Assembly (NCBI GenBank): GCA_964391555.1
Contig: CAYMMT010000006.1
Location: forward strand, 6,487 to 56,885
Origin: an uncultured Rhodobacterales bacterium
Lineage (GTDB): Bacteria; Pseudomonadota; Alphaproteobacteria; Rhodobacterales; Rhodobacteraceae
Length of the DNA stretch: 50,399 nucleotides
Direction of reading: 5' to 3'
Shown: piece by piece, positions 8,794 through 19,388 of the stretch
Numbering within the stretch: the first letter of the stretch is position 1
Layout of the letters: each line of letters begins with the position of its first letter
The notes under the pieces: model-generated
What the model was told of the DNA's origin: nothing
What the model saw: the letters and a program-made list of their open reading frames with translations, nothing else
The model's database searches: none
Position numbers and translations under genes: made by a program

Positions 8794-10175
8794 TGGACAA
8801 TCCGGATATCGTGGTGATCGGGGGCGGGAACGCGGCGCTTTGTGCGGCGATGACCGCCGCCGAAGCGGGCGCGCGGGTCATGATCCTCGAGGCCGCGCCA
8901 AGGGCCTACCGGGGCGGCAACTCGCGCCACACGCGAAACTTTCGCTGCATGCATTCGGGGCCACTGGGGCCGCTGATCGAAAGCTACACTGAAGAGGAGT
9001 ACCTTGCCGACCTGTTGAAAGTCACCGGCGGCAAGACCGATGAGCATCTGGCCCGCCTCGCGATCCGGTCGTCAGAGGAATGCCTGCCGTGGATGGAGGC
9101 CCATGGAGTGCGGTTCCAGCCTTCGCTCTCGGGCACCTTGAGCCTCGCGCGGACCAACGCGTTCTTTCTTGGCGGCGGCAAGAGCCTCGTGAACGCCTAC
9201 TACCGGACGGCCGAGGCGCTGGGGGTGGAGGTCCATTACGACGCGCCGGTCACCCATCTGGAGATGCAGGACGATCGCGTGACCCGGATCGACTACGCCG
9301 TCGGTGCCGAGACCCGGTCGGTGTCGCCCAGGGCCGTTGTCGTCGCCTCGGGCGGGTTTCAGGCGGATATCGATTGGCTGACCCGGGCCTGGGGACCCGC
9401 CGCGCAGAACTTTCTGATCCGCGGCACGCCCTACAACCGCGGTGTCGTTCTGGCGGATCTTCTGGATCAGGGGATCGAGCAGGTGGGCGACCCCACCCAG
9501 TGCCACGCCGTCGCCATCGACGGGCGTGCGCCCAAATACGATGGGGGCATCGTCACCCGGCTCGACTGCGTGCCGTTCTCGATTGTCGTCAACAAACATG
9601 GCGCGCGGTTCTATGACGAGGGCGAGGACGTGTGGCCCAAGCGATACGCGATCTGGGGCCGGCTGGTGGCCGATCAGCCCGATCAGGTGGGCTATGCGAT
9701 CATAGACGCAAAGGCGTTGGATCTGTTCATGCCGTCTGTCTTTCCGCCGATCAAGGCCGACACGCTCGAGGATTTGGCCGTCCGGATGGGCCTTCCGGCA
9801 GACCGCCTGCGGGCGACGGTCGACGCCTTCAACAACTCCTGCGGCGATACATCAGGGTTCCACCCGACAGAACTCGACGGTGTCGCCACCACGGGCCTCA
9901 CTCCGCCCAAGACCAATTGGGCGCGCCCCATTTCGGAGCCCCCGTTCTACGGCTACTCGCTCCGGACCGGGGTCACCTTCACTTACCTCGGGTTGAAGGT
10001 GGACGAACGCGCGCAATGCTCGATCGGCAACCGGCCTGTCGCGAACCTCTGGGCCGCCGGGGAGACCATGGCCGGGTCGATCCTCGGTCAGGGGTATCTG
10101 GCGGGTTTTGGCATGACCATTGGCACCGTCTTCGGACGCGTTGCCGGGCGGGAGGCGGCGGCTTATGCAAACTGA
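8793..10175 (+). CDS. tcuA: FAD-dependent tricarballylate dehydrogenase TcuA
   Basis: N-terminus DIVVIGGGNAALCAAMTAAEAGARVMILEAAP..RGGNSRHTRNFRCMH matches the TcuA signature. TAATG junction with the upstream gene, and tcuB follows. Confidence 0.85.
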   Translation: MDNPDIVVIGGGNAALCAAMTAAEAGARVMILEAAPRAYRGGNSRHTRNFRCMHSGPLGPLIESYTEEEYLADLLKVTGGKTDEHLARLAIRSSEECLPWMEAHGVRFQPSLSGTLSLARTNAFFLGGGKSLVNAYYRTAEALGVEVHYDAPVTHLEMQDDRVTRIDYAVGAETRSVSPRAVVVASGGFQADIDWLTRAWGPAAQNFLIRGTPYNRGVVLADLLDQGIEQVGDPTQCHAVAIDGRAPKYDGGIVTRLDCVPFSIVVNKHGARFYDEGEDVWPKRYAIWGRLVADQPDQVGYAIIDAKALDLFMPSVFPPIKADTLEDLAVRMGLPADRLRATVDAFNNSCGDTSGFHPTELDGVATTGLTPPKTNWARPISEPPFYGYSLRTGVTFTYLGLKVDERAQCSIGNRPVANLWAAGETMAGSILGQGYLAGFGMTIGTVFGRVAGREAAAYAN

Positions 10176-11232
10176 CCTGGTCGACGAAGCCCGCCGTCAG
10201 GCCCAGATCTGCAACGCCTGCCGCTATTGCGAAGGGTATTGCTCGGTCTTTCCGGCGATGCACGCGGACCGCGCCTTTTCGGACGGGGACATCACGCAAC
10301 TCGCCAACCTCTGCCACAATTGCCGTGGCTGCTACTACGCCTGCCAGTACACCGCGCCGCACGAATTCGACCTGAACCTGCCAAAGGCTCTGGCCAAGGT
10401 TCGTCACGACAGCTGGAAGTCATTGGCTTGGCCCCGGGGCTTTGCCGGCCTCTTTGACCGGTCGGGCGTGGCCATTGGCGCGGGGCTGGTCGTGGCCTTC
10501 ACGCTGCTCTTTGCTCTGGCGCAAGCCATGCGCCCAGAGAGCGGCGAGGGGTTCTACGCCGTCATGTCTCACGGACTGATGGTCACCATCTTTGCACCTG
10601 CATTCCTGCTGCCACTGGCTGCCTTGGCCGTGTCGATCAGGGCGTATTGGCGCGCGGTGGGTGGCACGGGCTGGACCTTGGGCGATATCTGGGTGGCCTG
10701 TCGCAGTGCCGGGCGGATGAAGAACCTCGAGGGCGGTCATGGCGACGGGTGCAACTTTGAGGACGAGGACCGGTTTTCGAAGGCCCGCAGGCAGTTCCAT
10801 CAGGCGGCGCTCTGGGGGTTCCTGATGTGCTTTGCGTCCACGTCGAGCGGAACGGTCCTGCATTATGGTTTCGGTCTGGAAGCCCCCTATGGGCTTTTCA
10901 GTCTGCCAAAGCTGTTGGGTGTCCCCGGTGGCCTTGCCCTGTGCATTGGCACGGCCGGTCTTGCCCGGCTCAAGACCAAGGCTGATCCCAACCTTGGTGC
11001 ACCGAGTGTCTGGGGCGGGGAAATGGCGTTTGTGCTCCTGCTCTTCGCGGTCAGCGCGACGGGCCTCCTGCTCTATGCCGCCACCGGGACGGAGGCCGTG
11101 TCTCTGCTGCTGCCGCTCCACCTCGGCACGGTGCTGACCTTCTTCCTGCTGACGCCCTACTCGAAGATGGCCCATGGTTTCTATCGCATGGCGGCGCTCA
11201 CGCGGGAGGCCGTGCGCGCCCGGTCCAACTGA
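10165..11232 (+). CDS. tcuB: Tricarballylate utilisation protein TcuB (Fe-S membrane protein)
   Basis: Cys clusters CNACRYCEGYCSVFPAM and CHNCRGCYYACQY, followed by multiple TM helices. Start chosen at ATG 10165 (MQTDLVDEAR), overlapping the tcuA end. Confidence 0.85.
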   Translation: MQTDLVDEARRQAQICNACRYCEGYCSVFPAMHADRAFSDGDITQLANLCHNCRGCYYACQYTAPHEFDLNLPKALAKVRHDSWKSLAWPRGFAGLFDRSGVAIGAGLVVAFTLLFALAQAMRPESGEGFYAVMSHGLMVTIFAPAFLLPLAALAVSIRAYWRAVGGTGWTLGDIWVACRSAGRMKNLEGGHGDGCNFEDEDRFSKARRQFHQAALWGFLMCFASTSSGTVLHYGFGLEAPYGLFSLPKLLGVPGGLALCIGTAGLARLKTKADPNLGAPSVWGGEMAFVLLLFAVSATGLLLYAATGTEAVSLLLPLHLGTVLTFFLLTPYSKMAHGFYRMAALTREAVRARSN

Positions 11233-11453
11233 TCGCTGCCAGCGACCGGAGCCCCGGTCAGCCGCACCGAAACGGCACGGCTGCCCTGCGACTTTCGGAC
11301 AGCGCCGGTTGTCGTCCCGGCGCCTGTGACAGCGGAAATCCGTTCATTTCCGGAGGTTTGCCGGCTTGATATTGAACAAACCGTGCTCGGGCCCCTGCGC
11401 ATTAATGAGTCTGCAAGACACATGCTCTAGCCGGGGATCTGTCGCAGTATCCG

Positions 11454-13523
11454 TTGGAGCACGGGATGGAATTACGAAAGCAGATCTTCCTCTTGGCGGC
11501 ATTGCCCCTGCTTGGGCTCGCGGTCATGGGTGCGTACCTGTCCGCCACAAAGTTCCTTGAGCTGCGCGGCGCCCTTCAGACAAAAGGGCAGATCGTCGAG
11601 GTGGAGATGATGGCCTCACTGGTCCATGTCTTGCAGCTTGAACGCGGCCTGTCGGCCGGTTTCGTCTCCAGCGACGGCGCGACTTTCGGCGACAGGCTTC
11701 CCGATGCGAGAGCGAAGACGGACGAGATCCTGGCCCGGATGACGACGAAATCGGAAGAGATTGTGCGCGGGGAACAGGAAATCCGAGCAGCGCGGGAGCG
11801 CATTGATAGGCTCGAAATTTCCGTTGCCGAGCTAGCAGGCACGTATACCGATTTCATCCGCTCAACCCTTGCAAACTCCCAGATGAGGCTTCTTCACCAG
11901 GGCGACCCGGACATGACCCGAATAGGGGCTGGCGTGGTAGCCTTGAGCGAAGCCAAGGAGGCAGCGGGTCTGCAGCGTGCGGCTGGTGCCGCGGGGTTCG
12001 GCGCCGGGTCCTTTTCACCTGCGATTTTCCGGTCTTTCCTGGAAAGAGGAGCCATGGAACGGGGTTTCATTGACCTGGCCTTGTCGAAGCTGGAAGGGAG
12101 ATTTGACCGAAGCGAACTGGACGGCGCGCAGGCTGCCGCGGGTATTGAACCCTTCAGGCTGGCGGTTGAAACCGCCCGAACCGGAACCGCCATCAGCGGC
12201 CACGACGCCTCAGAATGGTTCGCGCGGTCCACGGATTGGATTGAGTTTCTTCGAGGCGTCGAACTTGACGTATATTCGGAGCTTCGTTCCCGGGCGGATG
12301 CCAACCAGCGGACCTCGGCTTTGGTCTTTGCCCTGTCCCTTGGCCTTGTCATCGGAATGATTGCCGCGACAGGATTTTTCTGCATGCGCATTTCCAAGAC
12401 CTTCAACAGCGGCTTCACGGGGCTCAGCAACGCGCTGCTGCGGCTGGGGAACGGAGAGTATGACGGGCGGCGTTACTCGGAGCCCAAGGACACGGAAATC
12501 GGCCGCCTGTTCGCGGCCATCGACCAGACCCGGACCGCATTGGTCGCGGCGCGGGAGGAGTTGGAGACCAACGACCGCGAACGCTCTTCCGTCATTTCGG
12601 CCATTGACGAGGCCCTGTCCAAGCTTGCGGTCGGACAATTGAACAGGCCGATTTCAGGCCGGCTTCCGGAGACTTACGAAGGGCTTCGACGCAGCTACAA
12701 CAGCGCCTTGGAAAACCTTCGCGAAGCAATCGAGGGCGTTGGAGAGGCCGTAGGTCTGATGCAGACATCAAGTGAAAACCTCAGCAAGTCCAATGACGAT
12801 CTGTCGCTGAGGACCTCCTCTCAAGCCGCGGCGCTTGAGCAGTCGACCGCCGCGCTGTCGCAATTGTCGGAGCATGTTGCGTCTTCGGCGCAATCCGCCA
12901 ACGGCGCCAGCGAATCCGCGAACGCGCTCCGGTCCGACGCTGTCACCGGGTCCGAGGAAGTGACCGAGGCCATTGAAGCCATCAAGGAGATTGCGGAGTC
13001 GACGAACCAGATGACCAAGATGGTTGCCCTGATCGAGGACATTGCGTTCCAGACCAACCTGCTTGCCTTGAATGCCGGGGTTGAGGCCGCCCGCGCCGGA
13101 GAGGCCGGGAAAGGGTTTTCGGTGGTCGCGATCGAGGTGAGAAACCTTGCCTCGCGGGTGACCGATACCACGGTCGAGATCCGTGGTCTGATCGATGATG
13201 CGACCGAGAAAACATCGAATGGCGTTCACCTGGCCGAGAAAGCCGGCGCCGCGTTCGAGGCAATCCGGGAGGGCGTCCAGAGTATCTCGGGGTCGGTCAA
13301 CCAGATTGCCACGGAAGCGAATGCGCAGAACAACACGATCGAAGAAATCAAGGCCGCTATGATCGAACTGGATCAGGTCGCCCAACGCAATGCGAACATG
13401 GTCGAGGACAGCCTTTCTCTCGGGGTTCAACTCAACCGGCAGGCCAATGACCTCTTCTCTCAGTTCTCGCAATTCGAGGTGGACCTCCCCCTGCAGGACG
13501 AACGCGAGGCGCGCGCGGCATGA
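11454..13523 (+). CDS. Methyl-accepting chemotaxis protein with an N-terminal NIT-type sensor domain
   Basis: 689 aa. TM1, then the NIT-like motif [18 protein letters not shown], a second TM, a HAMP region, and the conserved MCP signalling hairpin [37 protein letters not shown]. The alternative start is ATG 11466. Confidence 0.85.
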   Translation: MEHGMELRKQIFLLAALPLLGLAVMGAYLSATKFLELRGALQTKGQIVEVEMMASLVHVLQLERGLSAGFVSSDGATFGDRLPDARAKTDEILARMTTKSEEIVRGEQEIRAARERIDRLEISVAELAGTYTDFIRSTLANSQMRLLHQGDPDMTRIGAGVVALSEAKEAAGLQRAAGAAGFGAGSFSPAIFRSFLERGAMERGFIDLALSKLEGRFDRSELDGAQAAAGIEPFRLAVETARTGTAISGHDASEWFARSTDWIEFLRGVELDVYSELRSRADANQRTSALVFALSLGLVIGMIAATGFFCMRISKTFNSGFTGLSNALLRLGNGEYDGRRYSEPKDTEIGRLFAAIDQTRTALVAAREELETNDRERSSVISAIDEALSKLAVGQLNRPISGRLPETYEGLRRSYNSALENLREAIEGVGEAVGLMQTSSENLSKSNDDLSLRTSSQAAALEQSTAALSQLSEHVASSAQSANGASESANALRSDAVTGSEEVTEAIEAIKEIAESTNQMTKMVALIEDIAFQTNLLALNAGVEAARAGEAGKGFSVVAIEVRNLASRVTDTTVEIRGLIDDATEKTSNGVHLAEKAGAAFEAIREGVQSISGSVNQIATEANAQNNTIEEIKAAMIELDQVAQRNANMVEDSLSLGVQLNRQANDLFSQFSQFEVDLPLQDEREARAA

Positions 13524-13837
13524 TCTGCCGTTCCCGCCTGCGAGGGGTTCATGTCGTCGTTGGCGAGCGGCTCTGACCGAGACGAAAACCAGCCCCTTGA
13601 AGCGTGGCCTCTTGCCGGGCACGGCCGGTGACTAGCGCAATGGACCAAGGGTGGCGCATACGAGTTCGGCCGTGCGCAAGGACGGATGGCCGCGCAGGAG
13701 CCGTTGCGGCAACCCTCGTCAATCTTCGGCGCGATTTGGCTTTGTGCCGAAAGACCGCGACCCGGCAGGTCACCGAACAAGGACCGGTTGCAGAGGTCGG
13801 CGGCCCAGGCGGGCGGGTTGCAAGGTCCGGCCGTGTC

Positions 13838-14719
13838 TCACGACCGGAGTCCAGTTTCGGGAGATCGGTCCGAATTGGGGATCAGCGACTTCACCCAGTT
13901 CCGGAACGTCAAAGCCGGGTCCGACTTTGATGTGACGGCCAGAAAATACCCCTCCGGACTGGGCAGCCGTGTCTGTGAGATCTGCACCAGCCGGCCATCT
14001 GCCAGGGCCTCCGCCGCCAACAGGGAGCTGGTCAACGCGACGCCCGCCCCTCCGATCGCCAGATCCAGCGCGGCGCCGTAGGAGTCGACATATGCCGACA
14101 CGACAGGTTCGTCGGGCTGACCAGCCTGTCTGGCCCAGTCCCGCCATCCGAGTGACGTGCCGACAGCTTCGATCAGGACTTGCGCGCGAAGCGGGCCGGT
14201 TCGGTCCGGTCGCGCCACGGCAACCAGATCGTCCGGCGTCAACCGCTCCCCGCCCTTACCGACCTGCCGCTGTGACCCGAAACGCACCTCGACATCCGCC
14301 AGGGACGCACTGAATTCGTCCGGCCAGATCGTACCGACCAGCCGAATACGCTGCCCCGGATTTCGTCCGAGGAAATCTTTCAGCTTGGGCGCGATCAACC
14401 AGCGGACCACGCTGACAGAGGCCGCAACGGTCAGCAGACCCGACCGTGACCCTGTCTCGAACCCGGAGACTGCGGTGGCAAGCTGGTCCAGCGATGCCCC
14501 GACTTGCGGCAGAAACCGGCGACCGTCGTCCGTGAGGGCCAGGCCGCGCGGTTTGCGCACAAACAGGTGAACCCCGAGCCGCAGTTCGAGAGAGCGGACC
14601 TGCTGGCTGATCGCTGATTGCGTGAGGCCCAGTTCATCCGCGGCGGCTGTGAAGCTCAGATGCCGGGCCGAGGCCTCGAAGGAGCGCAACCAGGTCAGCG
14701 GCGGCAGAGATCTTACCAT
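13838..14719 (-). CDS. LysR-family transcriptional regulator (GcvA-like)
   Basis: HTH LRSFEASARHLSFTAAADELGLTQSAISQQVRSLE near the N-terminus when started at MVRSLPPL (14719). The ORF extends to 14779, but that start would bury the operator-like palindrome inside the gene. Confidence 0.85.
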   Translation of the reverse strand: MVRSLPPLTWLRSFEASARHLSFTAAADELGLTQSAISQQVRSLELRLGVHLFVRKPRGLALTDDGRRFLPQVGASLDQLATAVSGFETGSRSGLLTVAASVSVVRWLIAPKLKDFLGRNPGQRIRLVGTIWPDEFSASLADVEVRFGSQRQVGKGGERLTPDDLVAVARPDRTGPLRAQVLIEAVGTSLGWRDWARQAGQPDEPVVSAYVDSYGAALDLAIGGAGVALTSSLLAAEALADGRLVQISQTRLPSPEGYFLAVTSKSDPALTFRNWVKSLIPNSDRSPETGLRS

Positions 14720-14734
14720 TTGATCAACATCGAT

Positions 14735-14749
14735 ATTAGCATCGCTAAT
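14735..14749. promoter_or_regulatory. LysR-type T-N11-A dyad ATTAGC-ATC-GCTAAT
   Basis: Perfect 6-bp inverted repeat containing T-N11-A, 16 nt upstream of the preferred LysR start codon and in the region divergent from the 14994 hydrolase gene. Confidence 0.5.
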
Positions 14750-14993
14750 ACCAAAGCCCCCACATTCGTCGTTTGTCAATCAGGGTCGGGACAGTGTTCT
14801 GTCACCAGAGGAGAGGAGTGGCCGGTGCCGCCCAACGATTGCAATTCCGCGACCCATGGCGGCAGGGCTCAATTCCCGGACCGGGTGCGACAGAGAGGGG
14901 CCTGACAACGGTGATTGATCCTCCAACGCGCCAAGGTCCGGCCTGCGTCTGCCCGAACCGGCGATCACAGCCAGGACCTGCGGGAAGCGGACC

Positions 14994-15773
14994 ATGATGT
15001 GGGCACCCCGGCCGAGGACAGACTTCGCCCCCCTGCGCGGCATTCGGGCGGGGTCCGGCCCGCGTGTGATCCTGCTGCATGGCGTGGGTCTGCGGGCGGA
15101 GGCTTGGAGCGCGCAAATTGACGTTCTTCATAAGTCGTTCGAGGTTGTCGCACTGGACACGGCCGGACATGGTGACAGCCCGCCGCTGACCGTTAACGCA
15201 AGCCTCGCGGCCTTCACCGACCTCGTCGCCGCGGCCATCGATGGTCCGGTTCTTGTCGCCGGGCATTCCATGGGGGCGATGATCGGGCTGGATCTGGCGA
15301 TCCGGTATCCCGACCTGGTGCTGGGCATCGCGGCACTGAACGCGATCTACAGACGGACGCCAGAGGCCGCCTCGGCGGTCCGCAAGCGGGCGGCCGTCCT
15401 CGAAGGCAATTCGTCCCCGGAGTCGACCGACACGCTGAAGCGATGGTTCGGGACTGCGCCATCGCCCGAAGCCACCGCGTGCTTCAATTGGCTGAGGTCG
15501 GTCGATCCGGCGGGTTACCGCGCGGCGTACATGGTTTTTGCTCACGAAGACGGGCCGGATGACGCAGGCCTCGCGCAACTGCGCTGCCCCGCCTTGTTCT
15601 GCACCGGTTCGGAGGAGCCGAACTCCCTGCCAGCCATGTCGGAGGCCATGGCCACCCTTGCTCCGCAAGGAACGGCCAGGATCGTCGACGGTGCGGCGCA
15701 CATGATGCCGATGACCCACCCCACCGAGGTCAATGGCATCCTGATGGACTTCTTCGAACGGTGCAGGGCATGA
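14994..15773 (+). CDS. Alpha/beta-fold hydrolase
   Basis: 259 aa. VILLHGVGL oxyanion region, nucleophile elbow GHSMGA, and a C-terminal His (AAHMMPMTHP). Confidence 0.8.
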   Translation: MMWAPRPRTDFAPLRGIRAGSGPRVILLHGVGLRAEAWSAQIDVLHKSFEVVALDTAGHGDSPPLTVNASLAAFTDLVAAAIDGPVLVAGHSMGAMIGLDLAIRYPDLVLGIAALNAIYRRTPEAASAVRKRAAVLEGNSSPESTDTLKRWFGTAPSPEATACFNWLRSVDPAGYRAAYMVFAHEDGPDDAGLAQLRCPALFCTGSEEPNSLPAMSEAMATLAPQGTARIVDGAAHMMPMTHPTEVNGILMDFFERCRA

Positions 15774-15850
15774 GGATTCCCCGCTCCGGACGGGCCAAAC
15801 GGCCCTTGGCGCAAGCGTCGCGGGCCCAGCCGCCGGGACATCGCGCCGCG

Positions 15851-15883
15851 CGGCACCCCGGTCCGTCGTCCGGCACCCCGGTC
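15851..15883. repeat. 13-nt direct repeat CGGCACCCCGGTC x2, 20 bp apart
   Basis: Exact copies at 15851-15863 and 15871-15883, in the 209-bp gap upstream of the LLM oxidoreductase gene. Confidence 0.5.
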
Positions 15884-15982
15884 GCCCGAGACCCTCACGA
15901 ATATCTCGCCCGATCCTTCGGGCTCTTTGTCGGCGAAGGTCGCTCAGGCGATCTCGCCCCGTTGCAGGAAAGGCCCTGAGCC

Positions 15983-17017
15983 ATGGACTTCTCTCTGTTT
16001 GCGCATATGGAGCGCACGTCACCCGATCAGGCGCATACGGCGCTCTACGAGGAGTTCATCTCGCTCTGTCAGATGGCCGACCAAGGGGGAATGCGGGCCA
16101 TTTGGACCGGCGAGCATCACGGGATGGACTTCACAATCGCGCCCAATCCGTTTCTGTCGATCGTGGATTTGTCCCATCACACGAAGACCGTGAAGCTCGG
16201 CACCGGAACAGTGGTCGCGCCCTTCTGGCATCCCATCAAACTGGCCGGGGAGGCGGCGGCGACGGACCTGATGACCGGCGGACGACTTGAACTCGGAATC
16301 GCGCGCGGGGCCTATTCCTATGAATACGAACGCCTGATGCCGGGAATGGATGCGTGGGAAGCCGGCCAGCGGATGCGTGAAACCGCACCTCTCCTGCGCC
16401 CGATCTGGGCGGGGGACTGTGCGCACGAGGGGACCTTCTACAGCTTCCCCGCTACGACGGCGGCACCGAAGCCCGTGCAGGAGGGTGGCCCCCCGATCTG
16501 GATTGCCGCGCGGGACCCCAACAGCCATCAATTTGCGGTCGACAGCGGGTTCAACGTCCAGGTGACGCCGCTCTGGCAAGGGATGGAGGAGATCGAAGCC
16601 CTAATGGGCCGCTTCGAAGAGGCTGTTGCGCAATCCCGGGAAAACCGGCCGAGGATCATGCTCCTGCATCACACCTATGTCGGTGCGGACGCGGCGGATG
16701 TGGATCAGGCGGCCCGTGAACTCAGCCGGTTCTATTGCTATTTCGGGGCCTGGTTTCAAAACAAGCGGCCCGTCAGCCAGGGCCTGATCAAGGCGCTGAG
16801 CGACGATGAGTTGGCGGCCAATCAGATGATGGCACCTGCCAACATGCGCCGGGATCTGACAATCGGGACACCGCAGGAGGTCATTGACCAGATCAAGCGA
16901 TACGAGGACCTTGGTTACGACGAATATTCGTTCTGGATCGACAGCGGAATGAGCGCTGAACGCAAGCGCGCCTCACTTGCCCGGTTCCTCGATGACGTCA
17001 TGCCGGCCTTTGAATGA
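15983..17017 (+). CDS. LLM-class (luciferase-like) flavin-dependent oxidoreductase
   Basis: 344 aa. N-terminus MDFSLFAHME... and WTGEHHG are typical of bacterial luciferase-like monooxygenases. Confidence 0.85.
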   Translation: MDFSLFAHMERTSPDQAHTALYEEFISLCQMADQGGMRAIWTGEHHGMDFTIAPNPFLSIVDLSHHTKTVKLGTGTVVAPFWHPIKLAGEAAATDLMTGGRLELGIARGAYSYEYERLMPGMDAWEAGQRMRETAPLLRPIWAGDCAHEGTFYSFPATTAAPKPVQEGGPPIWIAARDPNSHQFAVDSGFNVQVTPLWQGMEEIEALMGRFEEAVAQSRENRPRIMLLHHTYVGADAADVDQAARELSRFYCYFGAWFQNKRPVSQGLIKALSDDELAANQMMAPANMRRDLTIGTPQEVIDQIKRYEDLGYDEYSFWIDSGMSAERKRASLARFLDDVMPAFE

Positions 17018-17024
17018 GCACAAC

Positions 17025-18494
17025 ATGAAACACTATCAATTGTTCATCGACGGCACCTGGGTCGATGGAGCTTCCGGTCAGGTCATGGAAAGCCTTGACC
17101 CTTCGACCGGCGCTCCGTGGGCAACATTTGCCTGCGCCGCGCCCGCGGACGTGGACCGGGCGGTCGCCGCGGCGGCGCGCGCGCTCGAGGATCCGGTTTG
17201 GCGCGACATGACGCAGACGGCCCGGGGCAGACTGCTGTACAAACTGGCCGATCTGATTGAGGCCAAGGCGCAGGAGATCGGTCGCGTTGAGACGAAAGAC
17301 AGTGGCAAGCTGCTGGCCGAGACCACCAGCCAGACGGCCTACGTCGCTGATTACTATCGCTATTTCGGCGGACTTGCGGACAAGCTCGAAGGTACGGTGA
17401 TCCCGATCGACAAGCCCGACATGCATGTCTTCACAACGCGGGAGCCGATCGGCGTCGTGGCCGCGATTGTGCCCTGGAATGCGCAAATGTTCCTGACCGC
17501 GACCAAGCTGGGCCCCGCTTTGGCGGCAGGATGCACCGTGGTTCTGAAGGCGTCCGAGATTGCCCCCGCGCCCATGCTGGAGTTTGCCTTTCTGATCGAA
17601 GAGGCCGGCTTTCCGCCCGGCGTCGTCTCCGTGATAACCGGCGACGCGGACGGCTGCGCCATTCCGCTGACCCGCCACGCGCAGGTGGATCGGATAGCCT
17701 TTACCGGCGGGCCCGACACGGCGCGTCACGTGATCCGCAATTCTGCCGAGAATTTCGCGGTGACGTCTCTGGAGCTGGGCGGCAAATCCCCGATTCTCGT
17801 GTTTGAAGATGCCGATCTCGACAGCGCCGCAAACGGGCTGATTGCCGGAAACTTCGGCGCGTCGGGCCAGTCCTGCGTTGCCGGATCGCGGGGGCTGGTG
17901 CACCGGTCCGTCTTTGAGGACGTTGTCGCGCGGGTCGCGGCGCGCGCGGGGGACATCGTTGTCGGTGATCCGATGGCGGCAAAGACGCACGTCGGTCCGC
18001 TTTGCACCGAGGATCAGGTGCAAAAGATCGAACACACGTTGTCGGAGGCGCGGGCTCAAGGCGCGCGCGTCCGGTTCGGAGGGAGCCGTCTGGATCGCCC
18101 CGGAAACTACATGGCGCCGACGCTGGTTGACTGCCCCAACAGTGAGATCGAAACCCTCAAGGTCGAGATGTTCGGACCCGTGATGTCCCTCTTGCCGTTC
18201 GATTCCGAGGACGAGGCGATCCGGTTGGCCAATGGCTCGGACTACGGGCTTGGATCTGGCGTTTTCACCTCCAGCCTTGCCCGGGCGCACCGCGTTTCGG
18301 GGCGTCTGCGATCCGGCATTTGCTGGGTCAATACATATCGTGCGGTCTCACCTCTGGCGCCGTTCGGCGGGTTCAACCATTCCGGCTATGGGCGAGAGGC
18401 CGGTGTCGAGGCCCTGCTGGAATACACCCGCACCAAGACCACTTGGATCAACACCTCGGACGCACCGATGAGCAATCCCTTCGTCATGAGGTGA
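17025..18494 (+). CDS. NAD(P)-dependent aldehyde dehydrogenase
   Basis: Start MKHYQLFIDGTWVD. Motifs VPWNAQ, ELGGKSP and the catalytic Cys in GQSCVAGSR, plus the C-terminal PFGGFNHSGYGRE. Confidence 0.9.
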   Translation: MKHYQLFIDGTWVDGASGQVMESLDPSTGAPWATFACAAPADVDRAVAAAARALEDPVWRDMTQTARGRLLYKLADLIEAKAQEIGRVETKDSGKLLAETTSQTAYVADYYRYFGGLADKLEGTVIPIDKPDMHVFTTREPIGVVAAIVPWNAQMFLTATKLGPALAAGCTVVLKASEIAPAPMLEFAFLIEEAGFPPGVVSVITGDADGCAIPLTRHAQVDRIAFTGGPDTARHVIRNSAENFAVTSLELGGKSPILVFEDADLDSAANGLIAGNFGASGQSCVAGSRGLVHRSVFEDVVARVAARAGDIVVGDPMAAKTHVGPLCTEDQVQKIEHTLSEARAQGARVRFGGSRLDRPGNYMAPTLVDCPNSEIETLKVEMFGPVMSLLPFDSEDEAIRLANGSDYGLGSGVFTSSLARAHRVSGRLRSGICWVNTYRAVSPLAPFGGFNHSGYGREAGVEALLEYTRTKTTWINTSDAPMSNPFVMR

Positions 18495-18566
18495 CCTCCT
18501 GTCTCCGAGGTCCGTTCACCGATTGATCGTCACGGTAGGCGAGGATCCTCCGCCCGGGATCGGGGG

Positions 18567-19292
18567 CTATGATCCCGCCAAGCCAAATCGCCGTGGCACA
18601 AGGCCCGACTGGAACCACTCGATGAAGCTCACCATGGAGAAAACGGGCATCTGAACCGCGTCCCGGATTGCGGCGGCGTAGGGGACCATGTTGGTGCATT
18701 CGAGCACAAGGGCCCCGATCTGAGGGTTGTCAGATACCAGTTTTCGCGCGGCGTCGACATTGTCCCTGGTTGCGGCGGCCACGTCCAGTTCCGGTTCATT
18801 GTCGAGGATCACGCGGGTGAATTCCCGCAGGCCTTCCGTCGTGCCGATTGGCGTGCCTGCCGGGACGCCCGCCGCCGCAAGGTGGGCATCGCTCAATGTT
18901 CCGCCCGAGACCGTCAGGACGCCGCAGACCTTGTCTTTCGGGAGGAGGGCGTTGACCATCGGGACCTGCATGAGCGACGACGTTGCGACGGGAACGCCAA
19001 GGGCGTCGCTGAGTTCGGCCTGGAACAGCGAAAGAAACCCGCAATTCGTCGCGATGCCGTCGACACCCGTCGCGACAAGCTCCTGACCCGCCGCCACAAA
19101 GGCAGGCAAGGTGCCCTTTGCATTCTGGCGGACCACGCGGTCCGGCGACGCGTCTTTCACCACCCTGTAGTGGACCGGAAACGGCCATGTCAGGGCATTG
19201 CCAACGTCGCCGGGGATCCGCGGAAACCGGGCCTCCAGCATCAGGATCCCGACCGAGGCCCCGTAGACTGCCTTGCCACCGGTTGCTTTCAT
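18567..19292 (-). CDS. Asp/Glu/hydantoin-racemase-family protein
   Basis: 241 aa. GILMLEARFPRIPGDVGNA and two Cys-containing half-domain motifs (TNCGF and LECTNM) are typical of this racemase-like family. Confidence 0.7.
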   Translation of the reverse strand: MKATGGKAVYGASVGILMLEARFPRIPGDVGNALTWPFPVHYRVVKDASPDRVVRQNAKGTLPAFVAAGQELVATGVDGIATNCGFLSLFQAELSDALGVPVATSSLMQVPMVNALLPKDKVCGVLTVSGGTLSDAHLAAAGVPAGTPIGTTEGLREFTRVILDNEPELDVAAATRDNVDAARKLVSDNPQIGALVLECTNMVPYAAAIRDAVQMPVFSMVSFIEWFQSGLVPRRFGLAGS

Positions 19293-19388
19293 CTCGTCTC
19301 TCCGCTTCAGCGATTAACCATTGACCTGTTTCGCCCGGCTTTCCAAGCTTCGCGGAAACGGGGTGATGTCTTGATCAATCCAAATCAC

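Noticed and set aside
13524-13837. 314-bp convergent gap between the MCP and LysR genes, checked for terminators and small ORFs (13549-13773 and 13604-13930).
   Set aside because: There is no clear stem-loop with a U-tract. The ORF translations are Arg-rich with no motifs.
18882-19388. N-terminal extension of the TPP-enzyme ORF.
   Set aside because: It is antisense to the racemase-family gene. The conserved TPP-enzyme N-terminus ([12 protein letters not shown]...) begins at 19389.
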